Part shown: piece after piece, positions 29,844-43,059 of the stretch
Position numbering within the stretch: the first letter of the stretch is position 1
Layout: the number at the start of each line of letters is the position of its first letter
Assembly (NCBI GenBank): GCA_002269645.1
Contig: NIVC01002803.1
Span: forward strand, 62,001-126,000
DNA length: 64,000 nucleotides
From: Macrostomum lignano
Lineage: Eukaryota
Direction of reading: 5' to 3'
Program-made: the position numbers and the translations under genes
The notes under the pieces: model-generated
Databases searched by the model: none
The model's input: only the letters and a program-made list of their open reading frames with translations
Told to the model about the DNA's origin: nothing

Positions 29844-30244
29844 AGACGCACCGGACGCGCTGGGTGAGGAAGTCGTTCTTAGCCTTGAGTTCTGCCAGCT
29901 TGGCCAACACTTTGGCTGCATCAAAGGAGCCGCCGCGCTTGGCCACTCCGGCCCGCCTGACCAGCCGCATGCGACCGCTAAAATTGGCAGAATTGAATGC
30001 GCGCAACTCTTTATAGCTCAAAACATTGCTGATTGAACAGAAGCATGCCGGAATTTCGCCAATACCTCACGGAATCTTCGAACCCCGCATGATCCAGCTC
30101 GTCCAGGAGCTCTGCAGCTTCGAGCAGCTGCGACTCGCTGAGACGCGACAGCGGGGCCGCCTCCGCCGTGTTGCTGGCGGCGAAGAGCGTCAGGGCGAGA
30201 AGAGCGATGGCGAAAACAGCTGGAGTGCTCTGCGGCAGCGGCAT
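29646..30244 (-). CDS. neuropeptide precursor (104 aa, 3 coding exons), NPF/NPY-like; mature GGSFDAAKVLAKLAELKAKNDFLTQRVRM-amide
   Basis: Exons 30244-30066, 29977-29852, 29655-29646 join in phase 2/2. Signal peptide MPLPQSTPAVFAIALLALTLFAASNTAEA; RLVRR and KR cleavage sites; C-terminal RVR|M-G-stop with a phase-2 intron inside the last Arg codon. Confidence 0.82.
29714..29843. repeat. (CTAT)n / GATA microsatellite in the neuropeptide gene intron
   Basis: Directly visible. Confidence 0.95.
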
Positions 30245-30294
30245 TTCTTGTGTCTGGCGCGGGTGGACAGGGGGGGGGGTATTTTGAAGCTTGA

Positions 30295-30920
30295 GCCGCC
30301 GTCCCTCCCTCAGTGTACTCAGCTTGTACCGCCATCCCCTCCCTCAGTGTACTCAGCTTGAGCCGCCTTCCCTTCCCTCAGTGTACTCAGTTTGAGCCGC
30401 CATCCCCTCCCTTAGTGTACTCAGCTTGTGCCGCCATCCCCTCCCTCAGTGTACTCAGCTTGTGCCGCCTTCCCTTCCCTCAGTGTACTCAGCTTGAGCC
30501 GCCTTCCCTTCCCTCAGTGTACTCAGCTTGTGCCGCCGTCCCTTCCTCAGTGTACTCAGCTTGTGCCGCCTTCCCTTCCCTCAGTGTACTCAGCTTGAGA
30601 CGCCTTCCCTTCCCTCAGTGTACTCAGCTTGTGCCGCCGTCCCTTCCTCAGTGTACTCAGCTTGTGCCGCCATCCCCTCCCTCAGTGTACTCAGCTTGTG
30701 CCGCCTTCCCTTCCCTCAGTGTACTCAGCTTGAGCCGCCTTCCCTTCCCTCAGTGTACTCAGCTTGAGCCGCCTTCCCTTCCCTCAGTGTACTCAGCTTG
30801 TGCCGCCTTCCCTTCCCTCAGTGTACTCAGCTTGAGCCGCCTTCCCTTCCCTCAGTGTACTCAACTTGAGCCGCCATTATCACCACTAGCCTGAGCCGCC
30901 ATCCCCTCCTTTAGTTTGAG
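30295..30920. repeat. 34-bp minisatellite (CCTTCCCTTCCCTCAGTGTACTCAGCTTGAGCCG)n
   Basis: About 18 units, upstream of an acceptor 9 nt before the neuropeptide ATG. Confidence 0.9.
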
Positions 30921-31654
30921 CTGCCATCCCCTGATTCTGTGTCCCCAGCTGTTGCCTAATTATTACTCGAATTCCGCAAGGCCGATTCCTCAGCATCGGA
31001 ACTTAACGACAATAACATCTTTCCCATCCTGAGTAACGCAAGCACTAATTAGTATCTGAATAAAGATGTAGACAGTGAAAAACCAAAGAACTACTTGTCT
31101 CATTTCTCGTACTCTTACAAGCCCGCTGCCGAACTCAATGAGACTGCGGCTCTATTAGAGTCCAATGTTTGCCTAGCACTCAGGCGGCATGGGTGCATGC
31201 GGATGGATAGATAGTAGGATTAACTCATAAGAAGGGCTCTGTTTCATCTAGTAGGCCATGCCAGCGCCTCAATGCCAGTGAATAGAAACAATGGGACCGA
31301 CGCTCTTTCAGCCCCCTTCCCCTCAGAGTCTGCAACACTCGCTATTCACCATCGATTGATTTTGTGTCTATGGACAGCCAGCCATGCCTGCTCGAAGCTC
31401 GAATTACCGCCATTAACAGTCAATGAACCGGGGGCTGAGATGTTCTCGCTGCAGTCCGAGTTGGCAACCTGCAGGCAGACTGTCGGCCTGGTGGACATCT
31501 TCTAGTAGCAGTGTGCAAGGTCCTGCCCCTCTCTCACTCTCTCCTCTCTCTCGCCTCTCCTTATCTTCCTCTCTTCCTCTCTAGCAAGGAGTAACCTAAG
31601 CTCGAAATATCGCCCTCTTTCACTATTATTAGTCCATGAGATTGGATCGTTGCC

Positions 31655-32045
31655 CTCCTCTCTCCCCTCTCTACCTTTCTCCCCTCTCTCTCCCCCTCTC
31701 CCTTTCTCCCCTCTCTCTCCCCCTCTCCCTTTCTCCCCTCTCTCTCCCCCTCTCCCTTTCTCCCCTCTCTCTCCCCCTCTCCCTTTCTCCCCTCTCTCTC
31801 CCCCTCTCCCTTTCTCCCCTCTCTCTCCCCTCTCCCTTTCTCCCCTCTCTCTCCCCCTCTCCCTTTCTCCCCTCTCTCTCCCCCTCTCCCTTTCTCCCCT
31901 CTCTCTCCCCCTCTCCCATTCTCCCCCTCTTTCCTCTCTCACCCTCTCTCCCCTCTTCTCTCTTTCCCCTCTCCCACTCTCTCCCCTCTCCCCTCTCCCA
32001 CTCCTATTCCCAGCCGCTCCCCTCTCTCTCTCCTCCTCTCGCTCC
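31655..32045. repeat. CT-rich low-complexity repeat
   Basis: Polypyrimidine tandem units. Confidence 0.85.
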
Positions 32046-32279
32046 ATCCCTTCGATTAATGGCTCCAATTTTAAAATAATAAATATTCTAATTTCAACTA
32101 GTCTCTCTCAGAGCCGTTAATCAATCAATTCCGTTGGCAAACACCGCACCCAGGGTTACTTGTAGCGTCATTTAAAAAATCACTCCATAATTCTCTGAAA
32201 TTATTTCGTTCCAGTTTTGTAAACAGATAAACAATAATCACAGAAAAATCATAGAAAAGGGCATATTGATACCCAACCG

Positions 32280-33090
<811 letters not shown>

Positions 33091-33539
33091 TGGACAAAAA
33101 ACGCATGATAAACTGATTAACCGATCAAAGCAAAGGTTAAACGAGGCCAGGGGCATTTTCAGTCATTTTCTAAATTCGCTGTGCCGAGCAGACACAATGC
33201 ACAGTAAGCCGTAGAACGCGAGTGTGCAGTGCAAATCGTATGCAAATGAATCCTTTGGCACTTGCCTTGAGAACCCGAGGTGGAGAGCTGAGATCTGCTT
33301 CTGGAAGGGTGGCGGAAGTCGAAGAAGCGTGAAAATCTTCAAGTCTAGTTTGACTTCAATTTTAACTGGAAGTGGGAATGAAAGTCCCCTGGGAAGTTGC
33401 CGGTGCGAGACTGGATGCCGCTCTTTGATTGGCTGTGGGAGTGCCAGACAATTCTCTGCTGGCCGCATTTGATGGCGGAATACGTCATCTACTTCAGACT
33501 CTCGTGTCTGGCCTCTGTATCTCACCGCGGCTCAGTCAC

Positions 33540-34940
33540 GCATTCTCATATCTCCCTCTCTCACCTGTCTCCTCTGTCCCCCTCTCACATGTCTCTTCGG
33601 CCTCTCACCTGTCTCCTCTCTCCGCTCACATCTCTGTCTCCTCACACCCTCTCATCTCTGTCTCCTCTCCCACCCTCTCATCTCTGTCTCCTCCCACCCT
33701 CTCATCACTTTCTCCTCACACCCTCTCATCTCTGTCTCCTCCCACCCTCTCATCACTTTCTCCTCACACCCTCTCATATCTGTCTCCTCACACCCTCTCA
33801 TCTCTGTCTCCTCACACCCTCTCATCTCTGTCTCCTCCCACCCTCTCATCTCTGTCTCCTCACACCCTCTCATATCTGTCTCCTCACACCCTCTCATCTC
33901 TGTCTCCTCACACCCTCTCATCTCTGTCTCCTCACACCCTCTCATCTCTGTCTCCTCTCTCCCCTCTCATTTCTGTCTCCTCTCTCCCCTCTCATCTCTG
34001 TCTCCTCTCTCCCCTCTCATCTCTGTCTCCTCTCTACCCTCTCATCTCTGTCTCCTCTCCCACCCTCGCATCTCTGTCTCCTCTCCCACCATCTCATCTC
34101 TGTCTCCTTTCTACCCTCTCATCTCTGTCTCCTCTCCCACCATCTCATCTCTGTCTCCTCTCTACCCTCTCATCTCTGTCTCCTCTACCACCATTGCATC
34201 TCTGTCTCCTCTCCCACCCTCGCATCTCTGTCTCCTCTCCCACCCTCTCATCTCTGTCTCCTCTCTACCATCTCATCTCTGTCTCCTCTCCCACCCTCGC
34301 ATCTCTGTCTCCTCTCCCACCATCTCATCTCTGTCTCCTCTCCCACCCTCGCATCTCTGTCTCCTCTCCCACCATCTCATCTCTGTCTCCTCTCCCACCA
34401 TCTCATCTCTGTCTCCTCTCCCACCATCTCATCTCTGTCTCCTCTCCCACCATCTCATCTCTGTCTCCTCTCCCACCATCTCATCTCTGTCTCCTCTCCC
34501 ACCATCTCATCTCTGTCTCCTCTCCCACCATCTCATCTCTGTCTCCTCTCCCACCATCTCATCTCTGTCTCCTCTCCCACCCTCGCATCTCTGTCTCCTC
34601 TCCCACCATCTCATCTCTGTCTCCTCTCCCACCATCTCATCTCTGTCTCCTCTCCCACCATCTCATCTCTGTCTCCTCTCCCACCATCTCATCTCTGTCT
34701 CCTCTCCCACCATCTCATCTCTGTCTCCTCTCCCACCATCTCATCTCTGTCTCCTCTCCCACCATCTCATCTCTGTCTCCTCTCCCACCATCTCATCTCT
34801 GTCTCCTCTCCCACCATCTCATCTCTGTCTCCTCTCCCACCATCTCATCTCTGTCTCCTCTCCCACCATCTCATCTCTGTCTCCTCTCCCACCATCTCAT
34901 CTCTGTCTCCTCTCCCACCATCTCATCTCTGTCTCCTTCT
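33540..34940. repeat. 26-bp CT-rich minisatellite (CATCTCTGTCTCCTCTCCCACCATCT)n
   Basis: Degenerate at the left end, homogeneous at the right. Confidence 0.92.
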
Positions 34941-35361
34941 CAATTAATTATTCAACAGAAGTGGCCGCTGCGCCGCACTCATTAGCAATTATGTCATAAA
35001 GAAGATAATTATAAAAAATCATCCTTACTTAAATATTCAAGGACTTGGTTGAATAAATCCAGAAAAAATTCAACATTCAATAGGGGGCTACTTTCAGTTT
35101 AAAATTCTAGCAAGATGCATTAAAATTTAATCCCTTATTGAGATGCAAAACTGATACGGGATTCCATTAAATTCTCATTTTTCCCGACTGAATTGATTTC
35201 CACTTTTATAAAATGGAACGGAGCCTCCGCAGCCTCTTTTATTTGGATGATGCGACTGCAGATGCGAAACGAGATGCGCGCTCTGAATAATTAATAATTT
35301 TTTTACTGAATGTGACAATTGAAATATCATAATAGCTGATTTTACACTTCAACACTGCACC

Positions 35362-35990
35362 GTCACTGATATTGTGTGACGCCATGCTCTGACATTGTGT
35401 GACGTCATGATCTGACATTGTGCGGCACCATGATCTGATATAGTGTGACGTCTGATCTGATATTGTGTGACGTTATGATCTGATATTGTGTGACGTCATG
35501 ATCTGATATTGTGTGACGTCATGATCTGATATTGTGTGACGTCATGATCTGATATTGCGTGACGTTATGATCTGATATTGTGTGACGTTATGATCTGATA
35601 TTGTGTGACGTTATGATCTGATATTGTGTGACGTCATGATCTGATATTGTGTGACGTCATGATCTGATATTGTGTGACGTCATGATCTGATATTGCGTGA
35701 CGTCATGATCTGATATTGTGTGACGTCATGATCTGATATTGTGTGACGTCATGATCTGATATTGTGTGACGTCATGATCTGATATTGTGCGACGTCATGA
35801 TCTGATATTGTGTGACGTCATGATCTGATATTGTGTGACGTTATGATCTGATATTGCGTGACGTCATGATCTAATATTGTGTGACGTCATGATCTGATAT
35901 TGTGTGACGTCATGATCTGATATTGTGTGACGTGACGTCATGATCTGACATTGTGTGACGTCATGATCTGATATTGTATCTGATATCTGA
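35362..35990. repeat. 23-bp minisatellite (TGACGTCATGATCTGATATTGTG)n
   Basis: About 25 units; about 17 contain the exact palindrome TGACGTCA. Confidence 0.95.
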
Positions 35991-36789
35991 TATTGATCTG
36001 ATATAAAGCAGAGAGAAGAGAGAGCATGCATTCACAAAGATTTCGACAGCCGGTGTAGATCTGAGTCGAAAAAAAAATTGATTCAGCAGACTTTGTATGA
36101 TCGAACACGTAGCGTAATTGCTTCTGTGCAACAACCTCTATTCCAGGCTTTTTTATTTTAATCTTTTAACAATTTCGCATTTTTTACAGTAATTTTTTAA
36201 TTGCTTTAATTTGCATATCGTCTAATCTACGAACAATAATTTATTCCATTTCTTTCATTCGATTACTTTTTACAGAGGTTCCCGCGGGTTACCCTGAGAC
36301 CACTTGAAAATAGCTGAGCATGACGTTAAAAAATTGACTGGGAAACCTAAAAATATCGAATTTCAGCACTGCCTACTTAATCAATGAGGATCGCTACTTC
36401 AAAATTGCTGCCTAATCCGTGCCGAAATCTTTAAGAGATTACGTATGTGACTCGCCTGACTCTTATCAAGCAAGGAGTATTCAAGCACTTATAATACAGT
36501 ATCACGTTTCAGGTAAAGATCAGCGGTAGTATACTGGAGAGGTCCGTCCTGCAGTAATACCGCAGTCGGGACCTCGATCTACATGGAATTGATCTGGAAT
36601 ATAATTTTACATCAAATATCATGTAAATTGTAGTTCATAATTACTACTCGTATATAGTAATACATTTTATTGTAGCCGAGATTATAAATTATGATTAAAA
36701 AATAGCAGGTATAAATGCATGTCAGAACAAACATGAATGAACATGTAATTAGAAACAGCTTTATGTACCAATTAGTTATGCTACTTTTG

Positions 36790-37745
36790 CTGCGCTGGTG
36801 AGCGCGGTGATGGACTTCGACCCGCGACTCCAGGGCTTTTGTCATGTCGAGCGATGGCCCCACAGAAGAGTTTGGCACCAGCTCGGGTGTCCTTCAGGGC
36901 GACCCGCTGGCTCCTCTGCTCTTCCTCGTGGTTGTGGACTACGTGCTTCGTCGGTCCCTCCGCGAGGATGACAGCTAGTTGCTGGTCCCACGCCGAAGCT
37001 TCAGACATCCTGCTGTTTCGCTTCCCGCTCTCGCGTATGCTGACGAAATCCCGCTGTTCTGCCGCCCAGCGCGCTCTCACAAAGCTCTGCGACGAGGGTT
37101 GGGCTCCAGGTAAATGCTCACAAGACGGAGGCGCTGCACGTGGGCACGAATACCGCCCCATCTCTCCTACTGCCCAATGGAGCCCGCATCGCGGTGTGCG
37201 AGGACTCCCGGTACCTCAGCTCGGCGCACTGGGTGATGAACCCCGATGTCATTGTCTCCGACAGGAGGAATTGAACCAGGCCTAGCGCGCCGCGCACCTC
37301 CTCAGGAACGTCTTCAATAATTCAGCTGCCAGAGACGACCTGAAGGTGCGCCAATTCCGCGCGGCCGTAGAGCCGATGACCGAGACGCGAGAGCGAGTCC
37401 TGGACGCGTTCTACCGATCGTTGCTGCGCTACGTGCTAGGCGTGCACTACCCGGAGCGCCTGCCGACCAATGCTCCGATAGCCCGCGCTGGAACTCCGTC
37501 AGATGCTGCTGGGCAACTTCTACGGACCCTGAGCCGCGGTGCACCCGTCCCTCTGGCCCTGGCCATGCTGCACCGGCCGACCGAGCAATTGCGCCGCGAC
37601 CAGGCCCGCACTGCCACTCTGACCGACTGCGTCATCGCTGACTTGCAGGCTTGTGCTGACCCCTCAGGCTGCTGCATGCTGCCTGCCCCTCTCGCCTAGC
37701 TGTTCTGCGAACGCATGCGCGCAAGGGGCCTCCGGCCCCTCTGAT
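36790..37745 (+). mobile_element. decayed, 5'-truncated non-LTR retrotransposon (RTE-like reverse transcriptase remnant)
   Basis: One frame reads GVLQGDPLAPLLFLVVVDYVLRRSL...LAYADEI (RT motifs) with in-frame stops. Downstream LLRNVF...LKVRQFRAAVE resembles the RTE thumb region. 3' hairpin AGGGGCC-TCC-GGCCCCT at 37724-37740. Confidence 0.8.
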
Positions 37746-40214
37746 TCCTAATTTATATACTTCTCTGAGGCTAAAGCCTAGCTGCATTTAACTTATCAAA
37801 GGACTTCTTTAAGTCAAGGGATAAAAATAAAACAACTGAACAAATTATTCAAATCGAGAGAAGATTTCAAGATCAACAAAAACCAGCTGGAAGAAAGGAC
37901 TTAAAAATTTACCATTGTGATTTATTGTTTGCGATTAATTTCTTTAAACAAAGCCAACAACTTATAGGATTTTTACAGCCGTTTCAGTGACAAGACTTCC
38001 GGTAAAATTGTTTCGGCAACAAGAAAAAACCCTCTTCTGGACAATTAGTCAAGGACCACTGTATATAGCTATATTCAGTAATCCTTGTAATTAAGTATTC
38101 GAATTCGTTTCGTTACGACGAAACTTGAAAGTTCAAACTGCTGTAATTTTGTTTATGAGTGTTGTAAGCCTATCAGAATTACACGGAGCAATTCAGAAAG
38201 TAAGTAGAAACTAATTAGTGTTGTTTTTTTATATAAAATAACTGCATTCATGCCAATGTTTTAAAAACACTGACCCTTAATTCCAGAGCTTTCTTGTTTT
38301 TTTTTCGTGAGCATTTAATTTACCATTTTAATTTTCTTGAATCACTAATACTCACTCGAAATTTTCGAAGCATAACTGCTTGCAGTACCATCGTGTGCAT
38401 TTACTTTTAATCAAATAATATGCAGTTGAACAAATTACGAAGAGTTTTTTAATTCAACTCCTCGAATTTTAACTCCTTGAAAATACAACGGCTTGAAAGT
38501 AGTATGTTTAACAAAGATTATTTTGTTTTATTTCTTTTTAGTAGGTTATATTATGTTTGATAATTATATTTTTATGTTAATGTTTTTTAACTGTAAGTTT
38601 TAAATAAGTAAAAAAATACTTTTTAACATGATATGACATTTTAAATTCGCGCGAAAAGACTTTATTGCTTGATTAAATTTCTAAACAAGTCTTGTTAATA
38701 GACAATCTAGCGCTAGGCCTATTCGCATACAATTTGTACGCAGATACTCGACCTATTGCACTATGACTAGGGCATACTATCAGTGATGATAACAAAATTA
38801 AAAGGTATGCGGTCAACTTAGTGTTCACCTATTAAGCCAAGGCCGCTAGCCAGTAGCCGCTACCCGCTAGACCTGCTTATGTTTTGTGCCATAGGCCTAG
38901 ACGGTCTAGACCTAATAGTTGTCCCAAGAATTCTTTTAACTTGTACGCTTGCACACTGCACATTGAAGATTGAATCCATTTAACACATTGTGCACTGATA
39001 GACTGGGGGAACATAGTATCAATGTTAGTATCTCAATGTATTTCAGTAATTGGTAAATAAATTTCTCGGCCTACGTTATGTAGAGTTATTGCCTAATTAT
39101 TAGACTAGGCCCTAGGTAGGCTTTAAAGATTCCTACATGGCATAGAATACTAGTACTACCAAATAAGTAGTCTATATATGGTTTACAATATTTATATAAT
39201 ATGATAGGGGACCAGGGCCTAGCATTATTTCTTTTTAGGCCTAAAAGTTTCTTTCTTCAAGATAAATCATATGGTCTATGACTACATATTTGTTAGAGTC
39301 TAAAAATGTTTTAGACTAGCTAGGAACTAGGATTTATAACATTTTGACTTCAAATTTACAGGGTCTATTATATTTATATTTATAATATAAATTTAATATA
39401 AATTTATAGGCCTATCCTCAAATATGACTGGGTTAAGGCTTAGATGCAATTTTGTATTTTATTTTTTAGACCTAGGCCTAGGGCCTATTGTTAGCAAAAA
39501 CCTGGGTATATATAAAAATTTCTATTTTAATTTTAAATATTATATGTCTAAAATATCTTATCTATTAATTATGATCTAGTTGAATCATAACAATAAATAT
39601 TTGAAATATATATATATATATTAATGCCATAATGGTAATGATTATCCTCATGCATAGGCCTAATATCATAGGAATAACTTGTTTTAAGCCTACTCTTCTT
39701 TTTTTCTCCCAATTTTTTGTTTTTTGCATTTTTTATTTTGCAACTTGCCTTGGCTAGTAGCCATTTTATCCATCCAGTTTAGATAAGTTGGACAGGTGTT
39801 AGCATGTATAATCTAAATAGTTTATAGTTTTTATAAGGGAACTTGAAGATACTAAAAAGCTATTGATCTATAGACTTGAATCAGTTCTAGATTATTCTGT
39901 TTTAATGATAATTTATTCAATCATAAATGTATTTCTTTCAACTTTATTTAATTTTATTAGAGGTAGGGAGTTGTGTGCACCCTGGCACACAACTGGCAAG
40001 AGGCATTACTGCCCATTCTGCTGACTCCCCTGAGCAGGCATACAAGTGTAAGAAAACATATGCAGGCACACACACATAGGAATATATAGTGGCTAACTTT
40101 ATACTATCGTTATTGTTAGGCATGTAAACTTCACTGCGCCTGAGGAGGTTGGCTTTTAAGGCTATTAATTACACAAGCAGAGCCAAGCTGAGATTCCAAT
40201 TCAGCCCCAAATTA

Positions 40215-40290
40215 ATGTGACTGCACTTGGAATCGAGCCTAGGTCACTGGCACACCAGTGCAGCTGCACTACCGCTAGGCTACAGCCCTG
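40215..40290 (-). mobile_element. tRNA-derived SINE head or pseudo-tRNA
   Basis: The minus strand reads GGGCTG TAGCCTAGCGG (A-box-like) ... GGCTCGATTCC (B-box-like) ... CAGTC (pairs with the 5' end). The anticodon arm is irregular. Confidence 0.5.
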
Positions 40291-43059
40291 GCCTGACCTA
40301 CTATGAGCATGGCTTGACCCACTAGCTTACCTGGTGAAGTTGCGGCTGTGCCTGCCGGCCAAGTTCTGCCCAACCCAGCTAAAGCCTGGCAGTCGTTGGT
40401 TTCAGGCCCAGTCTTGGCTGACCTGGCACTTTCCCTTCTTCCAACTTACATATAGTTTAACAGTTCAAAAATAAAGTAAAAATAATATAAAAAGAATAGT
40501 TCTTAGAAAGACAAATGATAAAGCAAGGTTGTACTATTTTATTGCAGCTAAATTGTATGTAACAAATTGTAAACTATTTTTACAGTATCTTTAGCAAGTA
40601 AAGATAGCTGTCTTGTTAATATGCCATATGGATAAGAAGAAAATTATTTTTACTATTATATGAATACGACTACGAAAATGAAAACTACAAAAACTATTCC
40701 TAAAAAAGGACAAAAAAGATAACAGAAAAATGCTGCCAATATTGATATACAACTTATAAAATTATATTAGCCATGTGATAAATAAACTAGTTTTAAAAAA
40801 AACTGTTTTATACCTTGACTAAAAAAAGTAAATAAATATATAAAAGATCATTTATTCTATGATTTATTATTTTTTAGGATACTATTATTGTCTATAATTT
40901 ATAATTATATAGGCTAAATCAACTAAGTTAGCTAGTGTTTAATAGTATTAGGTTATAAGACATAAGAACCTTGTCAAGTATATATATTGCCATGGTTATA
41001 AAAATATATAAGCAAAATGAGATCATTTAACTTTTTATGTATAAACATTAGGAAATATTTCTATATTTCTATTTATAAAAATCACTTATTATATTTGAGT
41101 AAATCAAGCTGTTTTAATTTTTGTTTTAAAATAATAATTGTTAAATTGTAAATTATTAATATTAAAAGATTAATTAAAATATTTTTATAAACTATTTTAA
41201 ATCTATAATTATATATTCAACAAGTAGAAGACTATAAGGTATATCCCAAAAGTAAGTTTCAGTCAGCTGCTAATAGTAAGCAAAGTTTAAAAAATATAAA
41301 ATTTGTCTAGCCACAACTTCAAGTATTTGTCATTCTATAAATTGGCCACCAAGCTCAATGCACTTTTCCTAGCAATGCACCTACACTTCAAAATCAGGCT
41401 TGCAGCTGGCGATTCCCAGATGTTGGAAAGCTGATGAAGTGCTATTGTTCATCTGCTCCTCAGATCCAAAACTGCTAGCCACAAAGGCTCTCTTTTATCT
41501 TTGGGAACAGATTAAAGTCTGCTAGAACCAAATCAGGCAAGTAGTATAAGTGGTAGAGAATTTCTCAGTTCTAGGAGTTGAGCAGCTCTTCAACCTATCT
41601 GGCCTAATGCATTGGGGTGTTGTAGTAATGGAAGATGATACCTTTCTCCGGAAGGCCTAGTTGCTTTTTCCTTATCACTGGTTGCAGTTTCTCTTGAAGC
41701 ACCCATCAATAATACTTAGCATTCACTTTGGTTATCCAGAATGCTTTTTGTCTTCTGTGCAGTCCCATCCTTCTCAAATTTCCCACACCTACTTCTTGAC
41801 CATTTGAATAAATAGTGTAGCTTCTCCTAGGAATCTTACAAGTTTTTGGTGAATCTCTGATATCAATTTTCTAGATAGCACAGTTGTAGCAAGAGAATGA
41901 GCTCAATGTGGCCATGGTTGCAAAGGGTTGTATGCTTGAGTTGCAGGCATGCAACTCAAAAACATGCTAGGACTTAACAACCTATTTGGGGTTAGGCCAT
42001 AGACAAAAAAGCAACAATATACATGGCACTTAGCTGAGCATCTTCAGTGCTAAGTTATATATGAGGGAAACTTACTTTGGGGATAAACATTGTAAAGTTG
42101 GTTGTTATAAGTTGTATCCCAATATGATACCAATCTCTTATTAATTAATTATTTTAGTATACTGTTTTTTGTATAATACAGACCTAAAAGTCTCATATAA
42201 ATTGTAATTTTAGGGCCTAGTTATAGTTATAATTTACCATAAATAATTTCAAGAGCTTGAATAAGTAAATAAAATATAATTTTAATATAGATATTTGCCA
42301 TTAATATAAGTATTAGTAAAGCTAGAATATAATTTTTTCTATCTGATATCTAAACAAAGTAATTTTTCAATGAATATTTTAATAATGATATTTCAAAGAC
42401 AGGAACAATTTTCCCCACATAAATATACAAGCGTATATATCTAAACTGTAAAATATGAGTTAGAGAGCTCTATATAAAAAATTTATTTTAGTATAATGGA
42501 CTTAAGATTTAAAAGCTTGAATTTAAACTTGATATTTCTGTATTGTATTTTTTATTATCTAATTGAGCTATTTGAACATATTGTTTTGACTGATATCTAA
42601 GTTACAAATAGATTTTCAATTGTTAAAAAGATTAAAAGTGGAAATATATTATTTGGTCTTACATTTTGGTTTTTACTATTTTTCTATTTAAAAACTTTTT
42701 AGTTTATAGAATAATTTTTATGAAAACATAGAAAAAATTATTGATAAAATTTAACTTTTTAATTCTGCTACTAAAATATGTTTAAATTGTCCTGTCACTT
42801 TCTAGGAAGCATTTAATTTTTAAAATGGATACTGATAAACAAAATATTTTCAGGCAAAGTTATCTGAAAATATTAAGTTAACATTGACAGGTATTTTATT
42901 GAAAAATGATGCTTTAATTGCATTTTAGTTAGAAGGCATCATTTACAACTTCTTATCTATAGGTTTTAGAGAATAGCACAATGGTACATAGAAACTGATT
43001 TAAAAATTCAAATAAGCAATATCAAGTTAAAAGTTTAATTACTTCTACTAATTGAATTA

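Noticed and set aside
33163-33530. GC-richer unique segment with ORFs on both strands
   Set aside because: No recognisable motif or consistent splice sites.
40215-40290. Functional tRNA gene
   Set aside because: The anticodon arm lacks a 5-bp stem with a 7-nt loop, so it is treated as a SINE head or pseudo-tRNA.
41380-42000. Possible decayed retroelement coding sequence in the AT-rich block
   Set aside because: Many stops in all frames and no diagnostic motif recovered.
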